A stretch of 64,000 bases of DNA from contig NC_090416.1 in NCBI RefSeq assembly GCF_036365525.1, positions 16,712,945 to 16,776,944 of the forward strand. Direction: 5' to 3'. The stretch comes from Heterodontus francisci (taxonomy: Eukaryota). Under the pieces are notes generated by a model that was not told the DNA's origin, searched no databases, and was given only the letters and a program-made list of their open reading frames with translations. The position numbers and the translations under genes were made by a program. Below, piece after piece: positions 10,020-22,984 of this stretch (the first letter of the stretch is position 1; every line of letters begins with the position of its first letter).

Positions 10020-10286
10020 GTGCCAGTGTGCAGTAAAATGGGATTGTGCACATGTCTAATGGAAAGCAGTTCAGCACCTCTAGGTTCATAGAATCTCTCA
10101 CTTTGCACAGCAGATGTCACATGGCTGCAGCTTTGCCCAGGGAGCCTACCCGGTTCACACAGGATAGGCCAGGTGTTAAAGCAAGAGCATTTGGTGCTGC
10201 CTATTGAAGCTTGCACAGCGGTTAAAGGAAAATACAATTAAATCTCACAAGATGGGAATCTTGTAAAGTGTCAGCCATGGCCTCGT

Positions 10287-10790
10287 GGGTTCAAGTCCCA
10301 ATCCAGAGACTTGAGCACAAAAAACAGTCTCACATTCCCCGTGTAGTACTGAGGGAGCGCTGCACTGTCGGAGGGTCAGTACTAAGAGAGTGCGGCACTG
10401 TCGGAGGGTCAGTACTGAGGGAGTGCTGCACTGTCGGAGGATCAGTACTGAGGGAGTGCTGCACTGTCAGAGGGTCAATACTGAGAGAGTGCTGCACTGT
10501 CAGAGGGTCAGTACTGAGGGAGTGCTGCACTGTCTGAGGTGCTATCTTCACAAGTCCCCCTCAGGTGGACATTATCGATCCCATGACTCTATTTGAAGGA
10601 GAGCAGGTGCCCTGGACAATATATATTCCAACATTAACACCTAAAACTGTAACTGGTCATTATCACATTGCTATTTGTGGGAGCTTGCTGTGTAAATGAC
10701 TGTCAGATTTCCTGCATTTCAACAGTGACTACATTTCAAAACACACTTCAAAAGTACGTCATTAGATGTAAACCACTTTGGGGCAGCCTA
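10287..10790 (+). mobile_element. Deu-domain (SacSINE1-like) SINE with internal 33-bp VNTR; present in each unit
   Basis: B-box-like GGTTCAAGTCC head, ccagagacttgagcac, ctcaggtggac..gatcccatg..ctatttgaag core, cttcaaaagtac tail; family assignment from recall. Confidence 0.7.
10346..10537 (+). repeat. 33-bp minisatellite GTACTGAGGGAGTGCTGCACTGTCGGAGGGTCA, ~6 units
   Basis: Read directly from the sequence. Confidence 0.95.
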
Positions 10791-11005
10791 GTGATCAGAC
10801 CTCTCTGTCTCTCCATCTGTCTATCTGTCTATGTATCTGACCACTCATCNNNNNNNNNNNNNNNNNNNNNNNNNNNNNNNNNNNNNNNNNNNNNNNNNNN
10901 NNNNNNNNNNNNNNNNNNNNNNNNNNNNNNNNNNNNNNNNNNNNNNNNNNNNNNNNNNNNNNNNNNNNNNNNNNNNNNNNNNNNNNNNNNNNNNNNNNNN
11001 NNNNN

Positions 11006-14000
11006 TAGTTCCAGACCGGTAAGTTTAAAAAACTTACTTCGGGGATTCTCGCACCAGGCTCGGAGGGCGGAGTTAACCTCGGGAATTTTCGGAGCAAACT
11101 CGGAGATTCTCGGTCAGACTCGGAGGCCGGAATTAATCTCGGGGATTCTCGGACAGAGTCGGAGGGCGTGGTTAACCTCGGGTATTCTCGGACAGACTCG
11201 GAGGGCGGAGTTTGTGTCGATGGGCCGAAGGGCCTGTTTCTGTGCTGTATCTCTAAATAAAAATAAAAATAAAAAAATAAAATAATATTTATAGTCGAAA
11301 TCCAGCACTAGGGGCCATATATTTAATTATAACAATTTAGTAAGGATTTAATAAGTATTTATTTTATATTAATTAACTAATTAGTGATAGAAATGTCAGT
11401 TAAAGGGGTGAAGTGCTTCACCTGTGAGATGTGGGAAGTCCGTGACACTTCCAGTATTCCGGGCGACTCCGCCTGCAGGAAGTTTACCCAGTTGCAGCTC
11501 CTCACAGACCACATGGATCGGTTGGTGCGGCAACTGGATGCACTTAGGAGCATGCAGGTGGCAGAGAGCGTCATAGACAGGAGTTTTAGAGAAGTGGTTA
11601 CACCCAATGTGCAGGCAGATAGATGGGAGACCGCTAGAAGGGGCAGGCAGTCATTGCAGGAATCCCCTGTGGCTATCCCCCCTCGCTACACCATTTTGGA
11701 TACGGTTGGGGGGGATGGCCTAGCAGGGGAAAACAACAGCAGCAGCCAGAGCAGTGGCACCACAGCTATCACTGTTGTTCAGCAGGGAGGGACAAAGCGC
11801 AAAGAACAATAGTTATCGGGGACTCTATAGTCAGGGGCACAGATAGGCGCGAATGTGGACGTGAAAGAGACTCCAGGATGGTATGTTGCCTCCCTGGTGC
11901 CAGGGACAAGGATGTCTCTGAATGGACAGGGGGCATTCTGAAGGGCGAGGATGCACAGCCAGAGGTTGTGGTACACATCGGTACCAATGACAGAGGCAGG
12001 AAGAGTGATGAGGTCCTGCAGGGGGAGTTTAGGGAGTTAGGTAGAAAGTTAAAAAAACAGGACCTCTAGGGTTGTAATCTCTGGATTAGTCCCTGTGCCA
12101 CGTGCCAGTGAGGCTAGAAATAGGAAGATACTGCAGCTAAACACGTGGCTGAGCAGCTGGTGTAGAAGGGAGGGTTTCAGATATCTGGACCATTGGGCTC
12201 TCTTCAGGGACAGATGGGACCTGTACAAGAAGGACGGGTTGCATCTAAACTGGAGGGGCGCTAATATCCTGGCTGCAAAGTTTGCTAGCGTCACTCGGGA
12301 GGGTTTAAACTAGTGTGGCAGGGGGGTGGGAACCAGAGCAGTGGGACAGCTAGAAAAATAAATGAGGAGGACATAGTAAATAAGGCCAGTAAGACTAAGA
12401 GGAAGAGCAGGCAGGAAGATGTTGCTGAGCACAGCGGGACTGGTGGTCTGAAGTGCATTTCTTTCAATGCGAGAAGTATAACAGGTAAGGTAGATGAACT
12501 TAGAGCTTGGATTAGTACTTGGAAATATGATGTTGTTGCTATTACAGAGACTTGGTTGAGGGAAGGGCAGGATTGGCAGCTAAATGTTCCAGCTTTCGAA
12601 GCTTCAGGCGGGATAGAGGGGGATGTAAAAGGGATGGGGGAGTTGCATTACTGGTTAAGGAGAATATCACAGCTGTACTGCGGGAGGACACCTCAGAGAG
12701 GTCATGCAGCGAGGCAATATGGGTGGAGCTCAGGAATAGGAAGGGTGCAGTCACGATGTTGGGGGTTTACTACAGGCCTCCCAACAGCCAGCGGGAGGTA
12801 GAGGACAAGATATGTAGACAGATTTTGGAAAGATGTAAAGGTAACAGGGTTGTGGTGGTGGGTGATTTTAACTTCCCCTATATTGACTGGGACTCACTTA
12901 GTGCTAGGGGCTTGGATGGGGCATAATTTGTGAGGAGCATCCAGGAGGGCTTCTTGAAGCTGTATGCAGACAGTCCAACTAGGGATAGGGCCATTCTGGA
13001 CCTGGTATTGGGGAATGAGCCCGGCCAGGTGGTCGAAGTTTCAGTGGGGGAACATTTCGGGAGCAGTGACCATAATTCTATAAGTTTTAAGGTACTTGTG
13101 GATAAGGATAAGAGTAGTCCTCGGGTGAAGGTGCTAAATTGGGGGAAGGCTAATTCTAACAATATTAGGCAGGAATTGAAGAATTTAGATTGGGGGCGGC
13201 TGTTTGAGGGTAAATCAACATCTGACATGTGGGAGTCTTTCAAACGTCAGCTGATTAGAATCCAGGACCAGCATGTTCCTGTGAGGAAGAAAGACAAGTT
13301 TGGCATGTTTCGGGAAATTTGGATAACACTGGATATTGTGAGCCTAGTCAAAAAGAAAAAGGAAGCATTTGTGAGGGCTGGAAGGCTAGGAACAGACGAA
13401 GCACTTGAGGAACATAAAGACAGTGGGAAGGAACTTAAGCAAGGAGATAGGAGGGCTAAAAGGGGTCATAAAAGGTCATTGGCAAACAGGATTAAGGAGA
13501 ATCCCAAGGCTTTGTATACATATATAAAGAGCAAGAGGGTAACCAGGGAAAGGGTTGGCCCACTCAAGGATAGAGATGGGAATCTATGTGTGGAGCCAGA
13601 GGAAGTGGGCGAGGTGCTAAATGAGTACTTTGCATCAGTATTCACCAAAGAGAAGGACTTGGTGGATGATGAGCCTAGGGAAGGGAGTGCAGATAGTCTC
13701 AGTCATCTTATTATTAAAAAGGAGGAGGTGTTGGGTGTTTTGCAAAGCATTAAGGTAGATAAGTCCCCAGGGCCTGATGGGATCTACCCTAGAATACTGA
13801 GGGAGGCAAGGGAAGAAATTGATGGTTTCTTGTCAGAAATCTTTGCATCATTTTTGGCTACAGGTGAGGCCCCAGAGGACTGGAGAATAGCCAATGCTGT
13901 TCCTTTGTTTAAGAAGGGTGGCAAGGATAATCCAGGAAATTATAGGCCGGTGAGCCTTCCGTCAGTGGTAGGGAAACTATTAAAGAGGATTATTCGGGAC

Positions 14001-15327
14001 AGGATTTACTCCCATTTGGAAACAAACGAACTTATTAGCGAGAGACAGCATGGCTTTGTAAAGTGGAGGTTGTGTCTTACTAATTTGAATGAGTTTTTTG
14101 AGGAAGTGACGAAGATGATTGATGAAGGAAGAGCAGTGGATGTTATCTATATGGACTTTATTAAAGCCTTTGAGAAGGTCCCGCATGGCAGACTGGTACA
14201 AAAGGTAATGTCACATGGGATCAGATGTGAGCTGGCAAGATGGATACAGAACTGGCTCGGTCATAGAAGACAGAGGGTATCAGTGGATGGGTGTTTTTCT
14301 GAATGGAGGGATGTGACTAGTGGTGTTCCGCAGGGATCAGTGCTGGGACCTTTGCTGTTTGTAGTATATATAAATGATTTGGAGGAAAATGTAGCTGGTC
14401 TGATTAGTAAGTTGGCGGATGACACAAAGGTTGGTGGAGTTGCGGATAATGATGAGGATTGTCAGAGGATACAGCTGGATATAGATCGGTTGGAGACTTG
14501 GGTGGATAAATGGCAGATGGAGTTTAATCTGGACAAATGTGAGGTAATGCATTTTGAAAGGACTAATGCAGGTGGGAGGTATACAGTAAATGGCAGAACC
14601 CTTAGGAGTATTGACAGACAGAGAAATCTGGGCGTTGCGGTCCACAGGTCACTGAAAGTGGCAACGCAGGTGGATAAGGTAGTCAGGAAGGCATACGGCA
14701 TGCTTGCCATCATTGGTCGGGGCATAGAGTATAAAAATTGGCAAGTCATGTTGCAGCTGTACAGAACCTTAGTTAGGCCACACTTAGAATATTGCGTGCA
14801 ATTCTGGTCGCCACACTACCAGAAGGACATGGAGGTTTTGGAGAGGGTACAGAGGAGGTTTATCAGGATGTTGCCTGGTCTGGAGGGCATTAACTATGAG
14901 GAGAGGTTGGAAAAAGTCGGATTGTTTTCACTGGGACGACGGAGGTGGAGGGGCGACATGATAGAGGTTTACAAAGTTATGAGCGGCATGGACAGAGTGG
15001 ATAGTCAGAAGCTTTTTCCCAGGGTGGAAGAGTCAGTTACTAGGGGACATAGGTTTAAGGTGAGAGGGGCAAAGTTTAGAGGGGATGTGTGAGGCAAGTT
15101 TTTGACACAGAGGGTGGTGAGTGCCTGGAACTTGCTGCCAGGGGAGGTGGTGGAAGCAGATACGATAGCGACGTTTAAGAGACATCTTGACAAATACATG
15201 AATAGGAAGGAAATAGAGGGATTTGGGCCCCGGAAGTGCAGAAGGTGTTAGTTTAGGCAGGCATCAAGATCGGTGCAGGCTTGGAGGGCCGAATGGCCTG
15301 TTCCTGTGTGGTACTGTTCTTTGTTCT
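11006..15327 (+). mobile_element. Near-full-length decayed CR1 LINE, unit 1 (39-bp 5' repeats; ORF1 Zn-finger/zipper + SGNH esterase ~11393-12313; ORF2 APE + RT ~12313-15200)
   Basis: ORF1 CFTC..C, VIGDS, CCLPGA, HIGTND, DGLHL; ORF2 NARS, ITETWL, GDFN, SDH, SPGPDG, YRPVSL, QHGF, GVPQGSVLGP, LADD; frameshifts and stops (TAA 12924-12926, TGA 15090-15092); TGTTCTT tail. Confidence 0.95.
12930..15092 (+). pseudogene. Longest open remnant (720 codons) of CR1 ORF2 reverse transcriptase
   Basis: ORF track; bounded by premature stops; lacks most of the endonuclease; FADD changed to LADD. Confidence 0.88.
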
Positions 15328-18300
15328 NNNNNNNNNNNNNNNNNNNNNNNNNNNNNNNNNNNNNNNNNNNNNNNNNNNNNNNNNNNNNNNNNNNNNNNNN
15401 NNNNNNNNNNNNNNNNNNNNNNNNNNNNNNNNNNNNNNNNNNNNNNNNNNNNNNNNCTTGCTCTATCTATTTGTCTGTCTGTCCATCTCTATCTATCTGT
15501 CTGTCCATCTCTGTCTGTCTGTCTGTCTATCCCTCAGTACTGACCCTTTGACAGTGCGGCACTCCCTCAGTACTGACCCTTTGGGAACTGAATATTCCAG
15601 GGTATTTGACAGTTTGGAATGACAGGAAGCAAGGAAAAGGAGGTGGTGTAGTTCAGTTAATAAAGGATGAGATCAGTACAGTAGTGAGAAATGATCTTGT
15701 ATCAGAAAATCAAGATGTGGAATCAGTTTGGGTGGAGATATGAAATAGCATAAATTCATACAGTAGCTGCACTGTAAGACAGAGTATAAATCAAGAAATA
15801 AGGGGGGCTTGTAAGGAAAATACTGCAGTAATCCTGGGTGATTTTAATCTTCATATAAATTGGAGTAATCAAACTGGTAAAGTTAGATAGAGGATGAGTT
15901 CATGGAGTGTACTCAGGACAGTTTCTTAGAACAATACATTCTGGAACCAATCCGGGAGCAGGATATTTTAGACCTGGTAATGTGCAAGGAGACGGAATTA
16001 ATTAATGACCTCTTAGTAAAGGAAGAATAGAAAAGCAGAATATTATTTACATGGAGAGAGACTGCAGAATGCTGCAGTACAGAGGGATCTGGGTGTCCTT
16101 GTACATGAATCACAAAATGTTAACATGCAGGTTCAGAAAGTAATTAGGAAGAGAAATGGAATGTTTGTATTTATTGCAATGGGGATGGAATATAAAAGTA
16201 GGGCCATCTTGCTACAACTGTACCGGGTATTGGTGAGACCGCACCTAGAATACTGCATGCAGTTTTGGTCTCCTTATTTAAGGAGGGATATACTTGCATT
16301 GGAAGCAGTTCAGAGAAGGTTCACTTGGCTGATTCCTGGGATGAAGGGATTGTCTGATAAGGAAAGGTTGAGCAGGTTGGGCCTGTTTGGAGTTTAGAAG
16401 AATGAGAGGTGATCTTATTGAAAAGTGTAACGTTCTGAAGGGGTTTGACGGGGTAGATACTGAGAGGATGTTTCCCCTCATGGGGGAATCTAGAACTAGG
16501 GGGAACAGTTACAGAATACGGGGTCTCCCATTTAAGACGGAGATGAGGAGGAATTTCTTCTCTGAGGGTCATTAATCTTTGGAATTCTCTTCCCCAGGGA
16601 GCAGTGGAGGCTGGGTCATTGAATATATTCAAGGCTGAGTTGGAGAGTTTTTTGATCTCCAAGGGAGTTGAGGGTTATGGTGGGGGGCAGACAGGAAAGT
16701 GGAGTTAAGGTCACAATCAGATCATCCGTGATCTTATCGAATGGCAGAACAGTCTCGATGGGCCGAATGGCCTTCTCCTGTTCTTATTTCTTATGCTTTT
16801 ATGTTGAAGATATCGTACCTGCTGTATTCAATAGCTGTCCAGGTCTTTAAAGCCCAAAGTGGCCGTAACTGTTCCTATCTGTGCAGAGAGCCCTTGGCAG
16901 TAATATAATATAATGAAAATAGCCTGGCTGAAACTCCCCGGGTCTGGATATCTCAGTACAGATCGGGGAAGGGGTGGTGGGAGTGCTGGAAACTGGGCCT
17001 TCCCAGCAAGTGTCCTGTAAGGGAACTGAATGACCTCAACGAAGGAACGAGTTCACAGAGGGAGATGAGGCCGGAGTGATTGCAGTGTGTGCGAACAAGA
17101 GGAGGCCATTCAGCCCTTCGAGACTGCTGTACCATTCCATTAGATCATAGCTGGTCTGTACCTTAACCCCATATACCCTGCCTTAGCTCCATAGTCCTTG
17201 CTGCCCTTACCCAATAAAAATCTATCAACCACAATCTTTATAACTCCAATTTTTAATGAAGTGCATTTCTATAGCGTCTTTCACAACCTCAGGATGTTCC
17301 CAATGTGCTTCGCAGCCAATGAAATACCTTGAAAAGCAATATTGGGAAATGAAGAATGGGATGTAGAGCAGGAGGAGTTCAGTTCAGTTCTCCTGAGGGG
17401 CCCAGTCCAGATAATGGGTTGTTTTGTTATAAATGTGTGACGTGTCCAAGAATGTAACCGTTTAACGGTGTTTCTCGGATTTCCGTCCTGTTTCTGTGTG
17501 TGTTTCAGAGCAGGGGAACTGGGCCCAGATGCTGCTGCTCTCTGCTGCTTATCAGACAGTGAACAGGGAGGTTTCGGTTCCTCCCCGGGGCTCCTCTCCC
17601 ACCCCCTGCAGCGAGTGACCACACCACCTGCACCACATCACAAACAAGACAAAAACAGCATCGATTTGGGTATCAGGATCTAAAATAAGGCTTTCAGAAC
17701 ACCGCCCAGGTCCCCTGTGGTTGATGACGAGGGCCTGATCTGAGCTGCATTCAGTGCCATTCTCAGACCCAGTCTGGAACCTGGCTGTTCGGCCATGTGA
17801 ATCATCAACATTGTGGATTTAACTGGACGGATAAACGTTTGATTGCCTTTAAGATACTCCTTAAAACCTACCTCTTTGACCTAGCTTTTGGTCACCTGCT
17901 CTAATATCTCCGAATGTGGCTCAGCATTAAACTTTGTTTGCTGACACTCCTTGCGACGTTTTATTACATTAAAGGCGCCATATAAATGCAGATTGGTTGT
18001 TGTTTGCAAATGACAATTCGTTGAAGACCTTAATAACTAACCGACTGCAGGCCATGAAGTACATCAACTAAAGCCACAATTAAAACTCAAGGCTTCTGAT
18101 GTAAGTACAGTACTGAAGGAATACCGCACTGCCGGAGGGGCTATCTGTCACTTGGAATCTGCCCTCTGTTAAAGATACTGCAACCCCTATTTAGAAAAAG
18201 AGTTGGGAATTCTCCCCCATCCCCGTGTCTTGGCTGATATTTATCCTTCAATCAATATCACAAAAAAAAATCACCTGGGTCATTATCTCATTGTTATGTG

Positions 18301-20571
18301 TGTGGGATCATGCTGTGCACAAATTGGCTGCTGTGTTTCCTACATTACAACAGTTGACTAGACTTCAAAAAAAAATACTTGGTTGGCTGTAAAGCGCTGT
18401 GGGACATTCTGAAGCTGTGAAAGGAGGCTCACTGTCACCTTCTCAGGGGGACAACTAGTGATGGACAATAAATGGCTGGTCTTACCAGAGATGCCCACAT
18501 CTCGAGAATGAAGAAGTGCAGGTTCTGTCTCTCTGGACGCTGTGATGTCCCCTTGTAAAACATATTGAAACTAAATAGTTCTAAAAACATCTGCATAAAT
18601 ACAGCATCCTCAGACTCGAGATGGGGATTAAACCTGCATTTAATACCTCTTTCAGTGCGTGGCCCCTTTAAGGTGTGCTGAGGGACTGGGCTTTTCCAGC
18701 ACTCTCTGTCCATTTACTCTTTGAGGTGATGCAACCGATACCCACTCCACAGCCGGAGGCTCAGTTAACAGCCCTTCCCTCTTATGGCCCCTAGTTCTGC
18801 TCTCACCCGCAAGTGGAAACGTCTCGCCTTATCGAGTCCTTTCATAACCTTAAAGGGCTCCATCAGGTCCTACCCTCCCTCCCTCTCAGTCTTCTCTTTT
18901 CAACCTATCCTGGTAGCCTATCTCAGTACTGGTACCATCCCAGCACATCTTTTCTTGCACCTTCTCCAGTGTCATTTTATAACATGGAGACAGGAACAGT
19001 GCACAGTAATTCCAAGTGTGGTTTAACTGAGGTTCCCTACAAGTTTGACTTAATGTATCTGCTTCTCAATTCTATCCCTCGAGAAATTAACCCCGGTGTT
19101 TGGATTGCTTTTTATAAGGCCTTATTCAGCAGCATTGCTGCAGTTACTCTATAACCCTCGATCCACAACCCAATTTAGACTCTTTCTTCCCCACCTCCCC
19201 CTCCCTCCAGGACTAGGTGACCTCATTCATCCTCCCAAAAAGTAGCACCTCACACTTATCCATACTGACCTTCATTTGCCAATTACACACCCATTCTGCA
19301 TGTCACTTCATGTCCTGTCATTTGTGATGGACCTAATATTAACTGCAGCCTCCCCCAATTTGGAGTCATCAGCAAACTCTCAAATTGTACCTGGGGCTAG
19401 TCTGTCCCGTGCCATCCCATCTCTCGGACCGGGATAGTGAGCAGTTCTCCCTGGGAGGGACGGTATTTTATTCCAAACAGAGGGTTTTCCTGTAAATCAC
19501 ATACAATGATGGTCTAGTATGGGAGAAACTACACTTTAGGATGGGAGGGTTGTTGAGAGGGTGCAGAGGAGGTTGACCGGAATGGTTCCAGGGATGGGGG
19601 AATTCTAGTGATAAGGTCAGCCTGGAGAAGCTGGGATTGCTTTCCTTGGAGCGAAGGAGATTGCAGGGAGATTTAATAGAGGTGGACAAGATTATGACAG
19701 ATCTGGATAGAGTAGACAAGGAAAAACAGTTCCCATTAACTGATGGTACAAGGGCTAGGGGACACAGATTGAACGTTTTGGGCAAGGGATACAAGGGGGG
19801 GGGGGGAGGATGTGAGGAAGAATTTATTTATTTTTAAATGCAGTGAGTGACAATGACCTGGAACTCACTGCCTACCAGAGTGGTGGAAGCTGGAGACAAT
19901 GATTTCAGTAACAAACTGGGGTGGGGGGGGGACACTTGAAGGAAATAAATTCGCAGGGGGCCACGGGGGTGCGGAGAGTGGGACTGACTGGATTGCACTA
20001 CGGGGAGCTGGCACGGACCCGAGGGGCCGAATAGCCTCCTTCTGTGCCAGAAATGAAATCGAATTCGTTTAAAATAGTTAACTCTGCTTGAATATTTTTT
20101 TTTAAATCTGCCCAAAAGAAAATTCCTCTAATCGCCATTATTCGTACAGTTAACCACTGACTTGCACCAATATCCACCTCAACTCACCCCCAAACCCCCA
20201 CAAAAAAATAACAGAGCAATTTGAATTCATGTCATCTTTATTAAAACAGTCACACACAGAGAGATACACTTTTCAATTCTAACAAATGGTACTACTGAGA
20301 GTAAGGAGAGAGGGAGCAGAACCCATCCAGCTCCAAATGGGAATGTACTCCCGGGATAGGTGGTCCTGATATTCACTGTCACCCACCTGCGCCCCCCAGT
20401 TAAAATTGGATCCAAAATTGGATCGTTAAACTGCGATTGAAGTGACTGTTTCAACATCGTTGGCCACATTTGCTACAGTGATTACATTGTAAAACAACAA
20501 CAACAACATTCCACATATTGAATCATATTTCATCAGCAATAAATCAAACTCTAAACCCCAGTTGCCCCCTC

Positions 20572-20900
20572 TCAGTCGGAACAAGCGGTGGAGCTGATGG
20601 TTTTGAGGAGAGGTGAGCTCAGAGAGCCGTGGTCCACACTGCAGGTATAGCTGGAGCCCTTATTCCAGGCAGTGGCGGGGACTCTCAGGTAACTGCTCAG
20701 GCTGTAGGTTTGATCACTGTCCGTGGACACAGTGCCTGTGGTCACCCCGCTGTCTGTCTCTTTATCATCCACTCTCCAGAGAACCCGCACGAAACCCGGC
20801 TTAAAGCGGCTCACCAGGCAGGACAGAGTAGCCCATCCCGAGTCTATTTCTTCTGAGGAAGGAGGGAGCAGGAGAACTGATGGTTTCCGATCCTCACTAC
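20572..20900 (-). CDS. Ig light chain C exon, cluster 2
   Basis: Protein identical to C1; intact acceptor. Confidence 0.96.
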
Positions 20901-22236
20901 CTGTGTGTGAGAGACAGGGTGGAAGAAAGGAATCTCACTGTTAGTATCAATCATTTTTTCTAAAAGGCACATCCAGAATTAGTAACACATACTATAATTT
21001 AAAACAAACATTTAACTTGACTTCAGACTTAGGTAGAGACAGTAAATAATATAATAGCCTGAGTGTTTCCAGCACTCGATTTCAGATTTCCAGCATCTGC
21101 AGGATTTTGCTTTGATTGGATTAAAATTAAATATTTAGTCCAATCTTAACTCCCTGTCAATTGAGAGCTGGACTTGTACATGGATTCGAGACATTCAATA
21201 TAAATTAATTAACTGAATATTAAATACAACAGACAATATCGAATTGTTTAAAATTCAGGGGCAGATTAAAATCAAAAGTTTAAAATTTGAGGAAGTTTCA
21301 CATTTCGGATAGGCTGTACTGGAGGTCTTATGGAGGTGCTCGGAGTATGTATTGGGAGTAACTCAACCTCCCAGATCCACACTCAGAGTTCGGTGATCAC
21401 CTCACCAGGAAAAATTCTTTATTTGTTAAAAAAAAAGTTTTAAAAGTAATAAAGTTCGGGGCGGTTTCCATTTAGAAAGTAGGTTAGACACTTCACATGA
21501 ACGAACGACAGTCGGAAGGAGGGGGCTGGGAAGGGAGACGGGGGCTGGGGGGTAGAGAGACCGGGTGCGTTAGGAACAGACAAGATGGGGGGAGAAGGCG
21601 CAGAATGAGGCCATTCGGTCCATCGAGTCCCTGCCGCAGCCTAACCCCACTTCCCAACTTTGGGAGTCTTTTTTTGAGGTGGGGGAGGGGGTGCTAGTGT
21701 CAAACTCGACCCCCTTTGAGTGTGAGTAAAATTCCTGTTTGTAAATCTTCCAGCAACACCCGGGGCAGGCTCGCTATTTATACAACAGTGCAGCGAATAG
21801 ACGGAGAAGTCCACACCTGCACACTGCAGACCTGGCCGAACAGACTCCAGGGGCTGAATGGCCTTTCTCCCCTGTTCGTTCTGCATTTTTTTTTTGCCAA
21901 TGGAGTTTTTCCTCGGTTCTGAGGAAAGGTCAGTGACCCGAAACTGTTCACCGTTTCTCCCTCTCTCTCCGCAGAGGCTGCCCAGACCTGCTGAGTATTT
22001 CCAGCATCTTCTGTTTTTTTATTTCAGATTTCCAGCATCCGCAATTGTTTTGCTGCTATTTTAGTGTTTATTTTTCTACCCTCCAGAATCCAAATTCCCA
22101 GCACTGAATCAGTGGACAGAAAAATAAAAATCTGACCCAATTTCTTTTCACCGTTATCAGGGCAGATCCGATTCTGCAACAATAAATGAATAAATAATTG
22201 AAACAATATGAATGATAGGATGAGGGAATTACTTAC

Positions 22237-22273
22237 TCCGTAAACTCAGGGCGGTCCCAGGTCCGAAGGTAAA
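22237..22273 (-). CDS. J segment, cluster 2
   Basis: Identical to J1; GTAAGT donor. Confidence 0.96.
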
Positions 22274-22312
22274 CACAGTGCAGTGTTTTAATGGGACGGA
22301 TCAACTAAAACC
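22274..22312 (+). promoter_or_regulatory. 23-RSS of J2
   Basis: CACAGTG-23 nt-ACTAAAACC. Confidence 0.93.
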
Positions 22313-22627
22313 CAGGCTGGGAAGAAAGAGGGGAAAATATAAATAATCTGTCCTTTATCACATTCCCTTTCACATTCTGCCTTTCACTGGGGCCGGAATG
22401 CTGAGAGTCTGGAGAAAGATTTTCACATATCAGTGAGGAAACCTTGAGAATATCAGTGTTTACCTACCCAGCTAATAGCCCAAATATTGGGGAAAATCCA
22501 AATAAACCCATGGAATTCCAGTGAGATTTTCCACAAGTTACATATGGAATATTTCTGAAACTCATTCCACAATCTCAGGCAGGAATATTTCAGTAGCTGT
22601 TGGAATTCTGAGTGGTTCTGTTGGTGC

Positions 22628-22655
22628 AGTTTTTGTATTGCCCTGTCTCACTGTG
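22628..22655 (-). promoter_or_regulatory. 12-RSS of V2
   Basis: CACAGTG-12 nt-ACAAAAACT. Confidence 0.96.
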
Positions 22656-22984
22656 TATATAGCCTGCTGAGCTATCCCAGGCAGCACAGGAATAGACGGC
22701 GGAGTCTCCCGGTTCCAAGCTGCCGATGGTCAGAATGTGACTGTTACTGGAGGTGTCTCTGGAAGGTTTAAAACGGTCCGTGAAGCCGGTGCCTCGATAG
22801 ATGTCACCATCTGTATAGTGGTATAACACGAACACCGGAGCCTCCCCGGGTCTCTGTCGGTACCAGCTCATGTAGTAACTGCCCACATTGCCGTTCTGCA
22901 TCGCACACTTTAACTCGGAGGTCTCACCGGCGGAGACTGGGTCTGAAATTGGGGTCTGATTGAGGACAGGAACCGCCAGGATAC
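22656..22984 (-). CDS. V exon, cluster 2 (YSC instead of YYC; 1 nt longer 3' end)
   Basis: Open frame; both Cys and FR2 Trp present. Confidence 0.95.

Larger units (their letters stand above)
1..15605. repeat. Tandem segmental duplication unit 1 (~15.6 kb; phase set by window start)
   Basis: TTGACAGTTTGGAATGACAGG at position 1 recurs at 15606, 32499 and 48897; all internal features are colinear. Confidence 0.97.

Noticed and set aside
10346-10537. CACTGTC in the 33-mer as an array of cryptic RSSs
   Set aside because: The reverse strand reads GACAGTG, lacking the essential CAC, and no nonamer is present
12930-15092. Active or domesticated reverse transcriptase gene
   Set aside because: Each unit's copy is broken at different sites, consistent with neutral decay
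20728-20734. CACAGTG heptamer created by a silent SNP in C2
   Set aside because: No nonamer-like sequence at 12 or 23 nt spacing
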